Below, one piece after another: positions 1 to 9,061 of a stretch of 64,000 nt of DNA. The notes beneath the pieces are model-generated. The model was given only the letters and a program-made list of their open reading frames with translations, was not told where the DNA came from and did no database searches. This DNA comes from Pyrinomonadaceae bacterium (GTDB lineage: Bacteria; Acidobacteriota; Blastocatellia; Pyrinomonadales; Pyrinomonadaceae), in the NCBI GenBank assembly GCA_035327545.1, contig DAOLDE010000007.1:90286-154285 (forward strand), given 5' to 3'. How positions within the stretch are numbered: position 1 is the first letter of the stretch; each line of letters begins with the position of its first letter. A program made the position numbers and the translations under genes.

Positions 1-528
1 CGAAAGGGAAGTCGTTTCGGTTCCGCCCGCGGCAAGTTCTGTCTCCGCCGGGATCTCGACGGTCAGGTTCGGGACCGTAACATTTAACGATACCTCCCGT
101 TCATCGTCATCGGCCTTGTCAAAGCTCGCAAAAAGCTTAACGCCATTTGTGAAGTAATCCGGCTTAACTTCTAGTGAAATAGACGAATAAGTTAAGTACC
201 GCCGATCGTTAATGTGATCGATCAGGGTCGTCATAAGTTCGTGCTCAAGTTTCTTTAGAACGTCTTCCGAATCTGTGGCGAATTTGTCCCATTGCATTTT
301 CAGCTTGATGTTGTGAGGTACATACCGCCGCCCTTCAGGAGATTCACGGGCTTCGGCATCAATGAGGGCCTTGAGGCGTTCACCCAACTCGCTTGTCGCA
401 AGGCTGCTCGAGGGTTTCCATCGGCGCCCCGTGATCCGATCAAAGTAATCGCCCAACTTCGTCAGGATTCCCTGAACGAACCAGTCCGCTGAGGCTCGCT
501 TCTTCGGTTTTTTTTTCACGTGGGCCAT
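1..528 (-). CDS. FhaA-like protein, N-terminal DUF3662-type region (3' part runs off the window)
   Basis: Absent from ORF track because no stop lies in the window. The minus-strand frame is open from ATG 526-528 to base 1 (176 codons): MAHVKKKPKKRASADWFVQGILTKLGDYFDRI...RRYVPHNIKLKMQWDKF... The layout resembles the N-terminal region of the FHA protein at 7.9-8.9 kb. Confidence 0.6.
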   Translation of the reverse strand, partial: MAHVKKKPKKRASADWFVQGILTKLGDYFDRITGRRWKPSSSLATSELGERLKALIDAEARESPEGRRYVPHNIKLKMQWDKFATDSEDVLKKLEHELMTTLIDHINDRRYLTYSSISLEVKPDYFTNGVKLFASFDKADDDEREVSLNVTVPNLTVEIPAETELAAGGTETTSLS

Positions 529-610
529 TCAGAAGGCGCATTACGCCGCTTATGCGGAATTTGTTGCCATTTTATCCGAATTTGGTTCCCTTGAGAAGCA
601 AACAATAGGC

Positions 611-639
611 TTGTCAATCTATGTACAACAATGTAAAAT
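611..639 (+). promoter_or_regulatory. candidate sigma70-type promoter for the pilin operon (TTGTCA-17-TAAAAT)
   Basis: TTGTCA at 611-616, a 17-nt spacer, then TAAAAT at 634-639. It sits in an AT-rich intergenic region about 125 nt upstream of ATG 765. Confidence 0.35.
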
Positions 640-764
640 TGTTTTGGAACTAGTTTTCCGTTCATCATTTCTTCCCTATATGTTCCCAATTTGACGCGGA
701 ACCCATCATTACACAGGCATGACAGGCGAAGAGTCGGTCGGGCCTTAACTATACAGGATCAAAA

Positions 765-1400
765 ATGAGAGAAAGCAAACGCGGTGGATGCACCCATTTA
801 TTCGGCCACGCCGGAAAAAATGTCCGTGGATATTCGCTGGTTGAACTGCTTGTCGTTCTCGGGATCATCGCGTTGCTAACGGTGATCTCGCTGCCGTACC
901 TGGTCAATTACACGAAGATGTACAAGTCTGAGGACCAGGCGATCAAGGTGATGGACCTGATGCGCGAGACGGCCCAGCTTGCACTGAATCGCCGCCGAAC
1001 CATCCGGTTCGAGCTCGACCGGAGCAACGCGGCCCGTCCGCAGGCGCGGATCATCGACGAGAACAACGGCGGAACGGCGATCGTGATCAAATCGATCCCA
1101 CTCGAGCCCCTCAACGAGGTACGGATGGATGTTCCGTCCGGGATCACGCCGCCGAATCCGCCAAATTACGCAAATATTGGATATCTGGCGAACGTCTGGT
1201 CCGCACGGTTCAGAAGCGATGGAACAGTCGTTAATGCTGCCAACACCCCGATAAGCGCAACGCTTTATTCCTGGCCCCCCGCCGCCGGCGGGTCCACACC
1301 GCGTCGAATGCAGGAAGTTCGTGCGATCACGATCTTTGGAGGCAGCGGCGCCGTACGCTACTGGAAATACAACGGTTCGAGCTTCGTTCCGTATCAGTGA
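765..1400 (+). CDS. prepilin-type minor pilin/pseudopilin, FimT/FimU/GspH-like
   Basis: N-terminal cleavage/methylation motif KNVRG|YSLVELLVVLGIIALL with Glu at +5. AGGA RBS. First gene of a four-gene pilin-like operon. Confidence 0.8.
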   Translation: MRESKRGGCTHLFGHAGKNVRGYSLVELLVVLGIIALLTVISLPYLVNYTKMYKSEDQAIKVMDLMRETAQLALNRRRTIRFELDRSNAARPQARIIDENNGGTAIVIKSIPLEPLNEVRMDVPSGITPPNPPNYANIGYLANVWSARFRSDGTVVNAANTPISATLYSWPPAAGGSTPRRMQEVRAITIFGGSGAVRYWKYNGSSFVPYQ

Positions 1401-1415
1401 TCGAGGAAAATTGAA

Positions 1416-1964
1416 ATGAGATCATCATCCTCTGCCGGTTTTACATACATCGACGTAATGATCGCGGTCGTTATCCTGATGGTCGGGATCCTCGCCCTCT
1501 TGTCGGGCATAACGGGTGCGATCGTTCAATCAAGGTCGCAGGAGGCCCAGCTCGGAGCAAAGCAGATTGCCGCATCGACCATGGAATCGATCATGTCTCT
1601 AAAGGAGACCGACCCGAATCGTCTTGGCTGGATAACCATCGGCAACATCGGATCGAATTTAGATAGTACTGGAACGCCCCGCGGTATCTTTCTCAACGGC
1701 GAACGGATCGTCAGGGAAGATCCCGGCCCGGACGAGGTCATCGGGACCTCGGACGATACCGGGCCTATCGTGCCGAACGTGACCCGTCAGATAGTCATAA
1801 CCGACGAATGCGATCCCGATCGCCCGTCCTACAACTGCCCCACACCTGGTACCAATGATGTGAAGATCCGTTCAGTAGAGGTGCGGGTGACCTATTTGAT
1901 CGGGCAGATGAGGCGGCAGGAAGTTTTGCGAACGGTATTGACCGACTATGCGGTTGTCGATTAG
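1416..1964 (+). CDS. prepilin-type minor pilin, PilV/GspI-like
   Basis: SSSAG|FTYIDVMIAVVILMVGILAL prepilin motif with Asp rather than Glu at +5. GAGGAAAA RBS upstream. Confidence 0.75.
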   Translation: MRSSSSAGFTYIDVMIAVVILMVGILALLSGITGAIVQSRSQEAQLGAKQIAASTMESIMSLKETDPNRLGWITIGNIGSNLDSTGTPRGIFLNGERIVREDPGPDEVIGTSDDTGPIVPNVTRQIVITDECDPDRPSYNCPTPGTNDVKIRSVEVRVTYLIGQMRRQEVLRTVLTDYAVVD

Positions 1965-1974
1965 TGGAGCAATT

Positions 1975-3057
1975 ATGAACTATTCACGAGAGACCAAAGC
2001 TAGGGAAAGCGGGCATCGGCGTTCGGAGGCCGGTTTCTCGCTAATGGAGCTTCTTGCCGCCATGATCATTTTCATGGTGGTCAGCGGCTCTATCTACGGC
2101 GTACTGCAGGTCGCGAGGCAAAGCCGCGGGGCCGTTAGCAACAAGGTCCAGCTTACTAAGAATGCAAGGCTTGGCTTGAACCTGGTCGGCCGCGACATCT
2201 ACAACTCAGGTTACGGCTATCCGCTGCTTCATTCGGTAGTGATACGCAACGGACGGGTAGCGCCGCTGCTGGGCATTCCTGCTGACCCGGACCCGACCCG
2301 CGATCTGGTTCCACCGATCATCGCGGGCAACAACATCACTCTAAACACCTTCAATCAAACCCCAAACATAAGGACTGACCAGGTTACCTTCCTTTTTAAG
2401 GATTCTACGTTCAATTTGGTCGGCACGGGCAACAGCGCGGTCTCGCAGCCTCTGAACATCAATGCCGCAACAACCACGGGCACGGGCATCGACGAGATCG
2501 TCCCCATCAGTGGAAGCAATGCCAACTGCCGCGTGAACGACCTTTACCTGATAACAGGGAACAATGGTTCGACGCTTTCGGTCGCCACCGGGCTCAGCGG
2601 GACGAACAAGATCCAGTTCGCAAACGGCGATCCGCTCGGTTTCAATCTGACAGGCGCGACGGGTGTCCTGCGAAACATCACGACCCCGGCCACCATCATT
2701 CGAGTACGTATGATCACGTACTTCGTGACCGCAGACGGCACGCTGGTGAGACGCGAATACGTCAATCAACCGCCGCCTTCGGTCGCTGCATTTGTGGATG
2801 AACCATTGGTCTATGGCGTAGAGAATTTTCAGATCAGATACATTTTGGACGATGGTGCAGAGGTGGACAACCCGAGTGCAGGTCCGGACGGGATACCCGG
2901 AACGGCCGATGATGACCTTGCTTCGCTGGCGGCGGTCCGGCAGGTTCGCGTTACTATCGCAGCTCGGACCACAGAACTTGACGCACGCGGACAGCCCGTG
3001 ATGATCAACGAAACGGCAACCTTTAGTACCAGGAATCTTGGTTACGATGCGAATTAG
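1975..3057 (+). CDS. prepilin-type minor pilin, PilW/GspJ-like
   Basis: RSEAG|FSLMELLAAMIIFMVVSG motif (E+5). I prefer ATG 1975 (GGAG 5 nt upstream, just after the preceding TAG stop) to the ORF-track start at 1948. Confidence 0.75.
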   Translation: MNYSRETKARESGHRRSEAGFSLMELLAAMIIFMVVSGSIYGVLQVARQSRGAVSNKVQLTKNARLGLNLVGRDIYNSGYGYPLLHSVVIRNGRVAPLLGIPADPDPTRDLVPPIIAGNNITLNTFNQTPNIRTDQVTFLFKDSTFNLVGTGNSAVSQPLNINAATTTGTGIDEIVPISGSNANCRVNDLYLITGNNGSTLSVATGLSGTNKIQFANGDPLGFNLTGATGVLRNITTPATIIRVRMITYFVTADGTLVRREYVNQPPPSVAAFVDEPLVYGVENFQIRYILDDGAEVDNPSAGPDGIPGTADDDLASLAAVRQVRVTIAARTTELDARGQPVMINETATFSTRNLGYDAN

Positions 3058-3073
3058 CGGATGTGCGAGGCGG

Positions 3074-6000
3074 ATGGATATGAAAGGAACAAATCTAAGG
3101 ACGTTTAATTCAGATAATTCAAACTCGAGGTCGGGCGAGAGAGGTTCGGCGATCGTGATCGCTCTGTTTGTTCTCGCTTTGATCAGCGTGTTCGTTGCTT
3201 TCTCGCTTTCGCGGACTGCTGCCGAGGCCGCCGCGGTTGGCAATGAAACAGCCGAGGCCCGAACGCTCTATGCAGCGCAAGCAAGCCTCGAGGTGATGAC
3301 GCGAAACTTCAACAAGGTCTTCGAAAGAAAATTGAATCCCTCGACGACCGATCTGGCCCGTGTAGTGGATCCGAATAACGTTCCGTCGATATCTCGGGCG
3401 CTTGGGGGCGAGTTCGACCTTTTGCCTGAGCTTGATCCGACATCAAAGAGCACGGCAGCGGTGCTTTCGGGCGGGCCTTATGCCGGCCTTTATGCGATCC
3501 GCGACACCTGGCGGCTTCGCACGACAGCCACCGACAACGGCGGCACACAGATCCGCCTTGCCCGCAACGTCCTCAACAATCGCATCCCGATCTTTCAGTT
3601 CGGTATTTTTTACGAAGACGATCTTGAATTGTACCGCCCACCGCGTTTCAGCTTTGGCGGCCGCGTTCATTCGAACCGCCACTTTTTCGTTTCGCCGGGA
3701 GCCGAAGGCGTTTACTTTGACTCGCGCGTGACGGCTGCCGGCCATATCATTACCCAAAGTTGGCGTAACTGGTTCTCCGGCGACAGCGCGAACAACCAAA
3801 CATGGATCAAGAACGCTTCGGGCACTTTCCGCCAGCTTCTGCCGGACCGCGGCAGCGTTCTCAACGGAACGCCCAACGTTTTCGGCTCGGGCCAGTGGGC
3901 CGATCCTGACCTTCCGCCGAGTCGTTTAAATACAAATTTTGCATCGCAAAGCGCGATATTTGACGGTAATCTTCAAAACTTGACGAAACCGCTAAAACTT
4001 CCGCTGAAAGTCGGCGACGCTAATGCCGATCTGATCGAAATGGTCAAGCGAGGAAAGGAGGTGCCGGGCGCTAACGGCGGCGACCTTACTTCAAACGGTA
4101 CGACGGCTGTGCCTGTAACAGCGGCCTTGGCCGACAACGATATACAGCGAAGCGAACGATTTGCCAACAAAGCCGGCATTCGCGTCAGCCTGGCTGACAG
4201 CAAGGCTAAACTGCCTGGCTGTGCTTCTGGTGTGGGGGTCAATCCGGTTGCAGGCGTTTGCGGCATCAGGCTCGACGGTGACAATTTAGGCCTTGGTGCA
4301 AATCCGAACATCACGAATGCCGTCCTTCCGCTAAGGGCCCGCGGGTATGAGCCAAAACCGATGAGGCGGATGCTGGGCGACACGTCGTGGGGGTACATTC
4401 CCACGCGGGTCAATGGTGAACGCCTTCATTCAGGATCGCCGCGAGAGGTGTGGATCAAGGTCGAAACGGTCACGACAGACGAGGCGACCGGGGCCATTAT
4501 TACTAAAGATATAACGGAAGATATTTTGAGCTTGGGAGTGACCGAACAGGCGCTCAACCTCGGCGGCCGTTTTCAGATCAATGGATACGAACATACGCCG
4601 GCTTCATCCTCGCTTATAGCGACCACTCCCCAAACGGCTTCGGTTGGCACCGACAGCCGCTCCATCTTGAAGCTTCAGCGATTTCTGCTGAACGGGCCGG
4701 CGGTGCCGGTGAGCAGCCCGACCTCGTTCATGACGTCGTTCATCTCAACCGATTATTACAATGCAGTAGTTCGTTACAGCACGGTAGATGCTACCAAACT
4801 GGCCAACGGATGCAGCACCGGGTGCACCGGCCAGAACGGCGATCCCACCGGTGGACTTGAACGCTTTGCAATGAAGCTTGCGAGTGTAAATACGGCGAGC
4901 GTTATCTTCGACAAGGCGGTCGTGCCCTTCCCGATAAAAATGTTCGATATGCGCGAGGGCTTTCATTACGACGAACGCTCGACAACCTATTATTCGAACC
5001 TGACGACGCTCACCCGCAATGGCGTGATGAGCATGATCGACATCGATATTGCAAATCTGAGACGATTCCTTCGCGGCGACTTTAACGGCTTGTTTCCTGT
5101 CACCACCCAGTTCGCGATCTCAAATTCAGGTGTTGGGCTTACTAGCAATGATATTCCTCAGCAGGGCGGATGGGTGCTTTACGTTTCCGACCGAAGAGGC
5201 GATGCTGATTTCGACGGCGAGTTCGACATGGAGGACGTCTATGGCTCTGGTCTCGGGAACGACGGCGTGCTGCAGGCGGGAGAAGATGTCAACAGAAACG
5301 GCGCATTGAACACGGCCTACGGCACCGAAGCCGAGCGCTATCGTGATTTTCTTGTCATGCCTGACGTGGCGGCATCGGTTGACCATAAATACTATCGTCG
5401 CGGCGTCCGTCTTATTAACGGCACAGTTTTGCCCGGCATCTACGACGCCGCCACTCCGGCCAATACGCGTGGCTTTACAGTAGCGTCCGAGAACGGCGTT
5501 TACGTTTTGGGCAACTACAATGCAACCCATGTGAACACGGTTCCGGCGACCGGAAACACGCCGTATAACGAATACCGGCCGTTTGACACTCCCGTCCATA
5601 TTCCGGCGTCGATCGTTTCAGATTCCGTGACGATCCTCTCGAACAATTGGAACGATGGAAAGAGTTTCTCGAGCCCGGTCACAAGCCCATATAACCAAAG
5701 CACGCGCCTGGCTACGACCACGACAATGCGTTTTGCGATGATCTCGGGCGATACGATCGCCAGCCGGGAGGCGACGCCCCATCAGGGCGGCATTTCACCG
5801 CGGCTTAACGGCGGTGTTCACAATTTCAAGCGCTTTCTTGAAAGATGGTCTGGCACAGGTGCCGAGAACGTGCGATTGGACTATGCCGGTTCGCTGATCA
5901 ACCTGTTCAATTCAAGAAACAATAACGGTTCATTCAAATGCTGCAACACGGTTTACAATCCTCCGATCCGAAACTGGGTGTTCGACAGCACGTTCCTCGA

Positions 6001-6076
6001 TCCGACGCGAATTCCTCCCGGGACGCCATTCTTCCAGTATGTGCAAACGACAGGGTTCGAGCGTTCGACGGATTAA
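3074..6076 (+). CDS. very large PilX-N/GspK-like pilus tip-associated protein (~1000 aa) with PilY1-like Ca-loop motifs
   Basis: N-terminus GERGSAIVIALFVLALISVFVAFSLSRTAAEAAAVGNE...AQASLE resembles the PilX_N/GspK type (hydrophobic helix, no E+5). It is the fourth gene, after H/I/J-like pilins. Contains RGDADFDGEFD and EDVNRNGALN loops. The start could be 3038 (TTG), 3074 or 3080. Confidence 0.7.
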   Translation: MDMKGTNLRTFNSDNSNSRSGERGSAIVIALFVLALISVFVAFSLSRTAAEAAAVGNETAEARTLYAAQASLEVMTRNFNKVFERKLNPSTTDLARVVDPNNVPSISRALGGEFDLLPELDPTSKSTAAVLSGGPYAGLYAIRDTWRLRTTATDNGGTQIRLARNVLNNRIPIFQFGIFYEDDLELYRPPRFSFGGRVHSNRHFFVSPGAEGVYFDSRVTAAGHIITQSWRNWFSGDSANNQTWIKNASGTFRQLLPDRGSVLNGTPNVFGSGQWADPDLPPSRLNTNFASQSAIFDGNLQNLTKPLKLPLKVGDANADLIEMVKRGKEVPGANGGDLTSNGTTAVPVTAALADNDIQRSERFANKAGIRVSLADSKAKLPGCASGVGVNPVAGVCGIRLDGDNLGLGANPNITNAVLPLRARGYEPKPMRRMLGDTSWGYIPTRVNGERLHSGSPREVWIKVETVTTDEATGAIITKDITEDILSLGVTEQALNLGGRFQINGYEHTPASSSLIATTPQTASVGTDSRSILKLQRFLLNGPAVPVSSPTSFMTSFISTDYYNAVVRYSTVDATKLANGCSTGCTGQNGDPTGGLERFAMKLASVNTASVIFDKAVVPFPIKMFDMREGFHYDERSTTYYSNLTTLTRNGVMSMIDIDIANLRRFLRGDFNGLFPVTTQFAISNSGVGLTSNDIPQQGGWVLYVSDRRGDADFDGEFDMEDVYGSGLGNDGVLQAGEDVNRNGALNTAYGTEAERYRDFLVMPDVAASVDHKYYRRGVRLINGTVLPGIYDAATPANTRGFTVASENGVYVLGNYNATHVNTVPATGNTPYNEYRPFDTPVHIPASIVSDSVTILSNNWNDGKSFSSPVTSPYNQSTRLATTTTMRFAMISGDTIASREATPHQGGISPRLNGGVHNFKRFLERWSGTGAENVRLDYAGSLINLFNSRNNNGSFKCCNTVYNPPIRNWVFDSTFLDPTRIPPGTPFFQYVQTTGFERSTD

Positions 6077-6307
6077 GCGACACATTTGACGGTGCGGACT
6101 GACAGCAGTCCTCGCCCTACATTACAACCTTTGGTTGTGCCACATCGTTCGTAATCTTCTCCGCGAACGAACCTTGCCTGCCGGTAGATGCTCGTCATCG
6201 CCGGCGGGCAATTTTCTTGTTGTGTCTTTTTCGAACTTTGCATTTATAATAGCGTACATAATTTCGGCTACTGGCAGTACGGTTGTGGTGCGGGCCGGAC
6301 AGATCGG

Positions 6308-7855
6308 ATGAAGGAACTCTCGCTCAATAACTGCAGGCTTGACAAAAGATATGACATCTTCGACCGGCTCGGGCGTGGAAGTTACGCTGAGATCTTCATC
6401 GCTCGCGACACGATGGCGGCCGAACAGTCGCCCCATCGGCTAGTGGCGGTCAAGGCACTTAACGTTTTCCTTCAAGACGACCTTGACGCGGAACTTGAAC
6501 GAACGCTGGTCGAGAATTTTCAGAACGAAGCCATCGCACTCGATCGAGTTCGTCATCCGAACATAATCAGCAGGCTTGGCCACGGCACGGCCCGCGACGT
6601 TCACGGAACCCTTTTTCATTATCTTGTCCTCGAATATCTCCAGGGCGGCGATCTACAGAAACTGCTTCGTGATGAAGGATTGAGCTTTGGGCAGGCGTTC
6701 GTTTACCTCGAGCAGGTGTGCGCAGGGCTTCGACACGCGCATCTGCAGGGAGTGATCCACCGAGACATTAAGCCGCAAAACTTGTTGCTGACCAAAGATC
6801 GCGAAACCGTAAAGATAGCCGATTTTGGTGTTGCCAGGCTGGGCAACTCAGATGCCCCGATAACGCGCGTCGGCACCAATATTTATGCGGCTCCCGAACA
6901 CAGCCCTATGTCCAGCGACGGCGACGCCATGGTCGTCAGCGTGCTCACTCCCGCAGCCGACATTTATTCGCTCGCAAAATGTACATACACGCTGCTTACC
7001 CGCGAGGCACCTAGGTTCTTTGCCAACCAACAGATCACTGAGATACCGCTCGCGGTCCGGGAAAAGCCGTGGGCCGGCGAGCTGAAGCGTGTGTTGGCGC
7101 GTGCGACCTGCCGTAATCCGGAAGAGCGGCATTCATCTATCGACGAACTGTGGCACGATCTAGGAAAGGTCCGTCGATTTGCCGACGAGGGCGAAATTGC
7201 GACTCACGTGCGGTCAAGAACGGCCTCGGCTCCGCAGCCACATTTTGCAAGCGGATATTCGCCCATCGCTCCGAAGCGGGCCCGATTCAACACGTCTCGC
7301 CAATTGGACATGCGTCAGCTTTCGGTGACTACGCCTTTGTCCAATATGCCTCTCATCGAAACACGCGTATCCGATATCGGCCCTGTGGTCAGGCCGCAGC
7401 CGCCGATCCTGGATGACGCGAGTCCGCGGTCGGACGGTGCAAAACTCCAAATTGACATTCCGAATGCGGTCGGCAGCGCAGCGTCTCAGCAAAAACAAAA
7501 GAATGCGAAGATGCTTCGTCGCTTTGCCGCCGTTACTCTGGCTCTTGGCCTGTTTGCAGGCGGGCTTTTCGTGACGCATTCTTCGCTTCAAGGTTCCGGA
7601 TATTTGCCCGAGGTCGGCGGATTGTTTCGTTCTCAGACCGGCCGGGCCAACACCGACATAAATTTGCGGCCCGCGCCGAATTTGAATAATGAGCCGATCG
7701 GACTGGTAACGAGAAACTCGAGGGTCAAGATCGTGCGAACGGAGAACAACTGGCATCAGGTTGACGTCATCGAGCAGGGCCGCGTCCGGGCCAATGCACC
7801 CTCGGCCACGCGAGGCTGGTTGAACGGAAAATACGTGGACCTGGATGAGAAATGA
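6308..7855 (+). CDS. Ser/Thr protein kinase with TM helix and C-terminal SH3b-like domain
   Basis: Hanks motifs are present: GRGSYAEIF, VAVK, HRDIKPQNLLL, DFGVA, APE. TM segment FAAVTLALGLFAGGLFV. The C-terminus RVKIVRTENNWHQVDV...GWLNGKYV is SH3b-like. ATG 6308 is preferred over 6188 because the N-extension is Cys/Phe-rich junk. Confidence 0.9.
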   Translation: MKELSLNNCRLDKRYDIFDRLGRGSYAEIFIARDTMAAEQSPHRLVAVKALNVFLQDDLDAELERTLVENFQNEAIALDRVRHPNIISRLGHGTARDVHGTLFHYLVLEYLQGGDLQKLLRDEGLSFGQAFVYLEQVCAGLRHAHLQGVIHRDIKPQNLLLTKDRETVKIADFGVARLGNSDAPITRVGTNIYAAPEHSPMSSDGDAMVVSVLTPAADIYSLAKCTYTLLTREAPRFFANQQITEIPLAVREKPWAGELKRVLARATCRNPEERHSSIDELWHDLGKVRRFADEGEIATHVRSRTASAPQPHFASGYSPIAPKRARFNTSRQLDMRQLSVTTPLSNMPLIETRVSDIGPVVRPQPPILDDASPRSDGAKLQIDIPNAVGSAASQQKQKNAKMLRRFAAVTLALGLFAGGLFVTHSSLQGSGYLPEVGGLFRSQTGRANTDINLRPAPNLNNEPIGLVTRNSRVKIVRTENNWHQVDVIEQGRVRANAPSATRGWLNGKYVDLDEK

Positions 7856-8029
7856 TTTAGATCGACGGAGGTAGCATCGGCTCTGAGCATACTGGATAAG
7901 GTCAGAAAATGGATCGACGGGGAATCGGCCGAGGCCGTTCTCGAAGAAGCGGCCCGCGACGCGCAGGTCAAACCTCGCAGCAGGGCTGAAGAGTTCATCG
8001 TCAAGATCGCACGTGCCGTCGAAGCGGTC

Positions 8030-8863
8030 ATGCAGGCTGAAATGGTGCCGCTGCCTCAGGGAACGACCATAATTCCAAGCGAATACGCCATTTTTCTAAG
8101 CGGCGAGGACGATAAGGAATGGAAGGGCGTTAAGCGAAAGGGACTTGAACAGGGGCTGTATCATATACTCGCCGAGCGTGCGAAGGAGATCGCGGGCCGC
8201 AAGAAACTTGAGACAAAGTCGTTTGTTATCGAACTCCGTGTCGATGCCACGCTTGAAAAAGGTGATGTCCGCGTCCAGCATAGCTGGGAAGATTCGTCTG
8301 CAGGGAAAACGGGTGTGCTCCCTCGGGCGAAGGTTCCCGCCGTCCCTCCCGTGCAAAGAAAGCAAGCCTCTGCCTTGCCGACCAGCCCGAACCTAAAGCC
8401 GCCAGTTTCGAGGCCGCTTCAATTCCCGCCGCCTCCCGATCAGTCGCTGCAGGAAACGATCCCCAATTCAAAGTTCGTCGAAAATGTCCCGCCGACCGAT
8501 CCGGCCATCGACGACGGCGAAGAAATGACAAACGTTCGCCGCCGGCTCGCCGAACTTTACAAACTGGAGATCTGGTTGAATGGCGTCAGGCAAAATGTGG
8601 TCCCGATCTTTCAAGAGGTCGTCGTGGTAGGTCGAGGTTCGAAATCTCGGCCCGTTGACATATCTTTGGCAGGCGACCCTGAGATCAGCCGCCGCCATCT
8701 TACAATCCATACCGATGGGAACGGGAAGTTTTGGGTGGTGAACGAAGGCCGCAATGCCGCGGCCATTAACAATTTCGAACTGCCCATCGGGGAGCGTGTG
8801 AATCTGGCCCCGGGCGTCAGCCTCGCAGTCTGCAGTTATATCCTTCGGATTCAGGCACGCTAA
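8030..8863 (+). CDS. FHA-domain protein, FhaA-like (DUF3662-type N-domain + C-terminal FHA)
   Basis: C-terminal FHA signature VVVGRGSKSRPVDISLAGDPEISRRHLTIHTDGNGKFWVVNEGRNAAAINN. The N-domain appears to continue upstream of 8030 in the same frame (see findings). Confidence 0.85.
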   Translation: MQAEMVPLPQGTTIIPSEYAIFLSGEDDKEWKGVKRKGLEQGLYHILAERAKEIAGRKKLETKSFVIELRVDATLEKGDVRVQHSWEDSSAGKTGVLPRAKVPAVPPVQRKQASALPTSPNLKPPVSRPLQFPPPPDQSLQETIPNSKFVENVPPTDPAIDDGEEMTNVRRRLAELYKLEIWLNGVRQNVVPIFQEVVVVGRGSKSRPVDISLAGDPEISRRHLTIHTDGNGKFWVVNEGRNAAAINNFELPIGERVNLAPGVSLAVCSYILRIQAR

Positions 8864-9061
8864 CGCACTGTGCCTGAAGCTCGGATCCTGTCAATTTGAA
8901 TCGAAGGATTTTTATTGATCGAAGAAGTGCGATCGTTGTCGGCGTTCGGTTCGCGCCAGCCTGTCCCCATACCAGTTCGGTAACGATGGAACATCGTTGA
9001 GCCCGAACGGCAATATGATTACCGCCCAACTGCTGTCTGATCCGCGACCCCTGATCGGAGA

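Noticed and set aside
2341-3243. 300-aa minus-strand ORF
   Set aside because: It is antisense to the PilW-like and PilX-like genes, which have clear prepilin motifs. It is Arg/Ser/Cys-rich, typical of the reverse frame of a real gene.
6188-6307. Upstream 40-codon extension of the Ser/Thr kinase
   Set aside because: The translation (MLVIAGGQFSCCVFFELCIYNS...) is not protein-like. The kinase subdomain I Gly-loop follows closely after ATG 6308.
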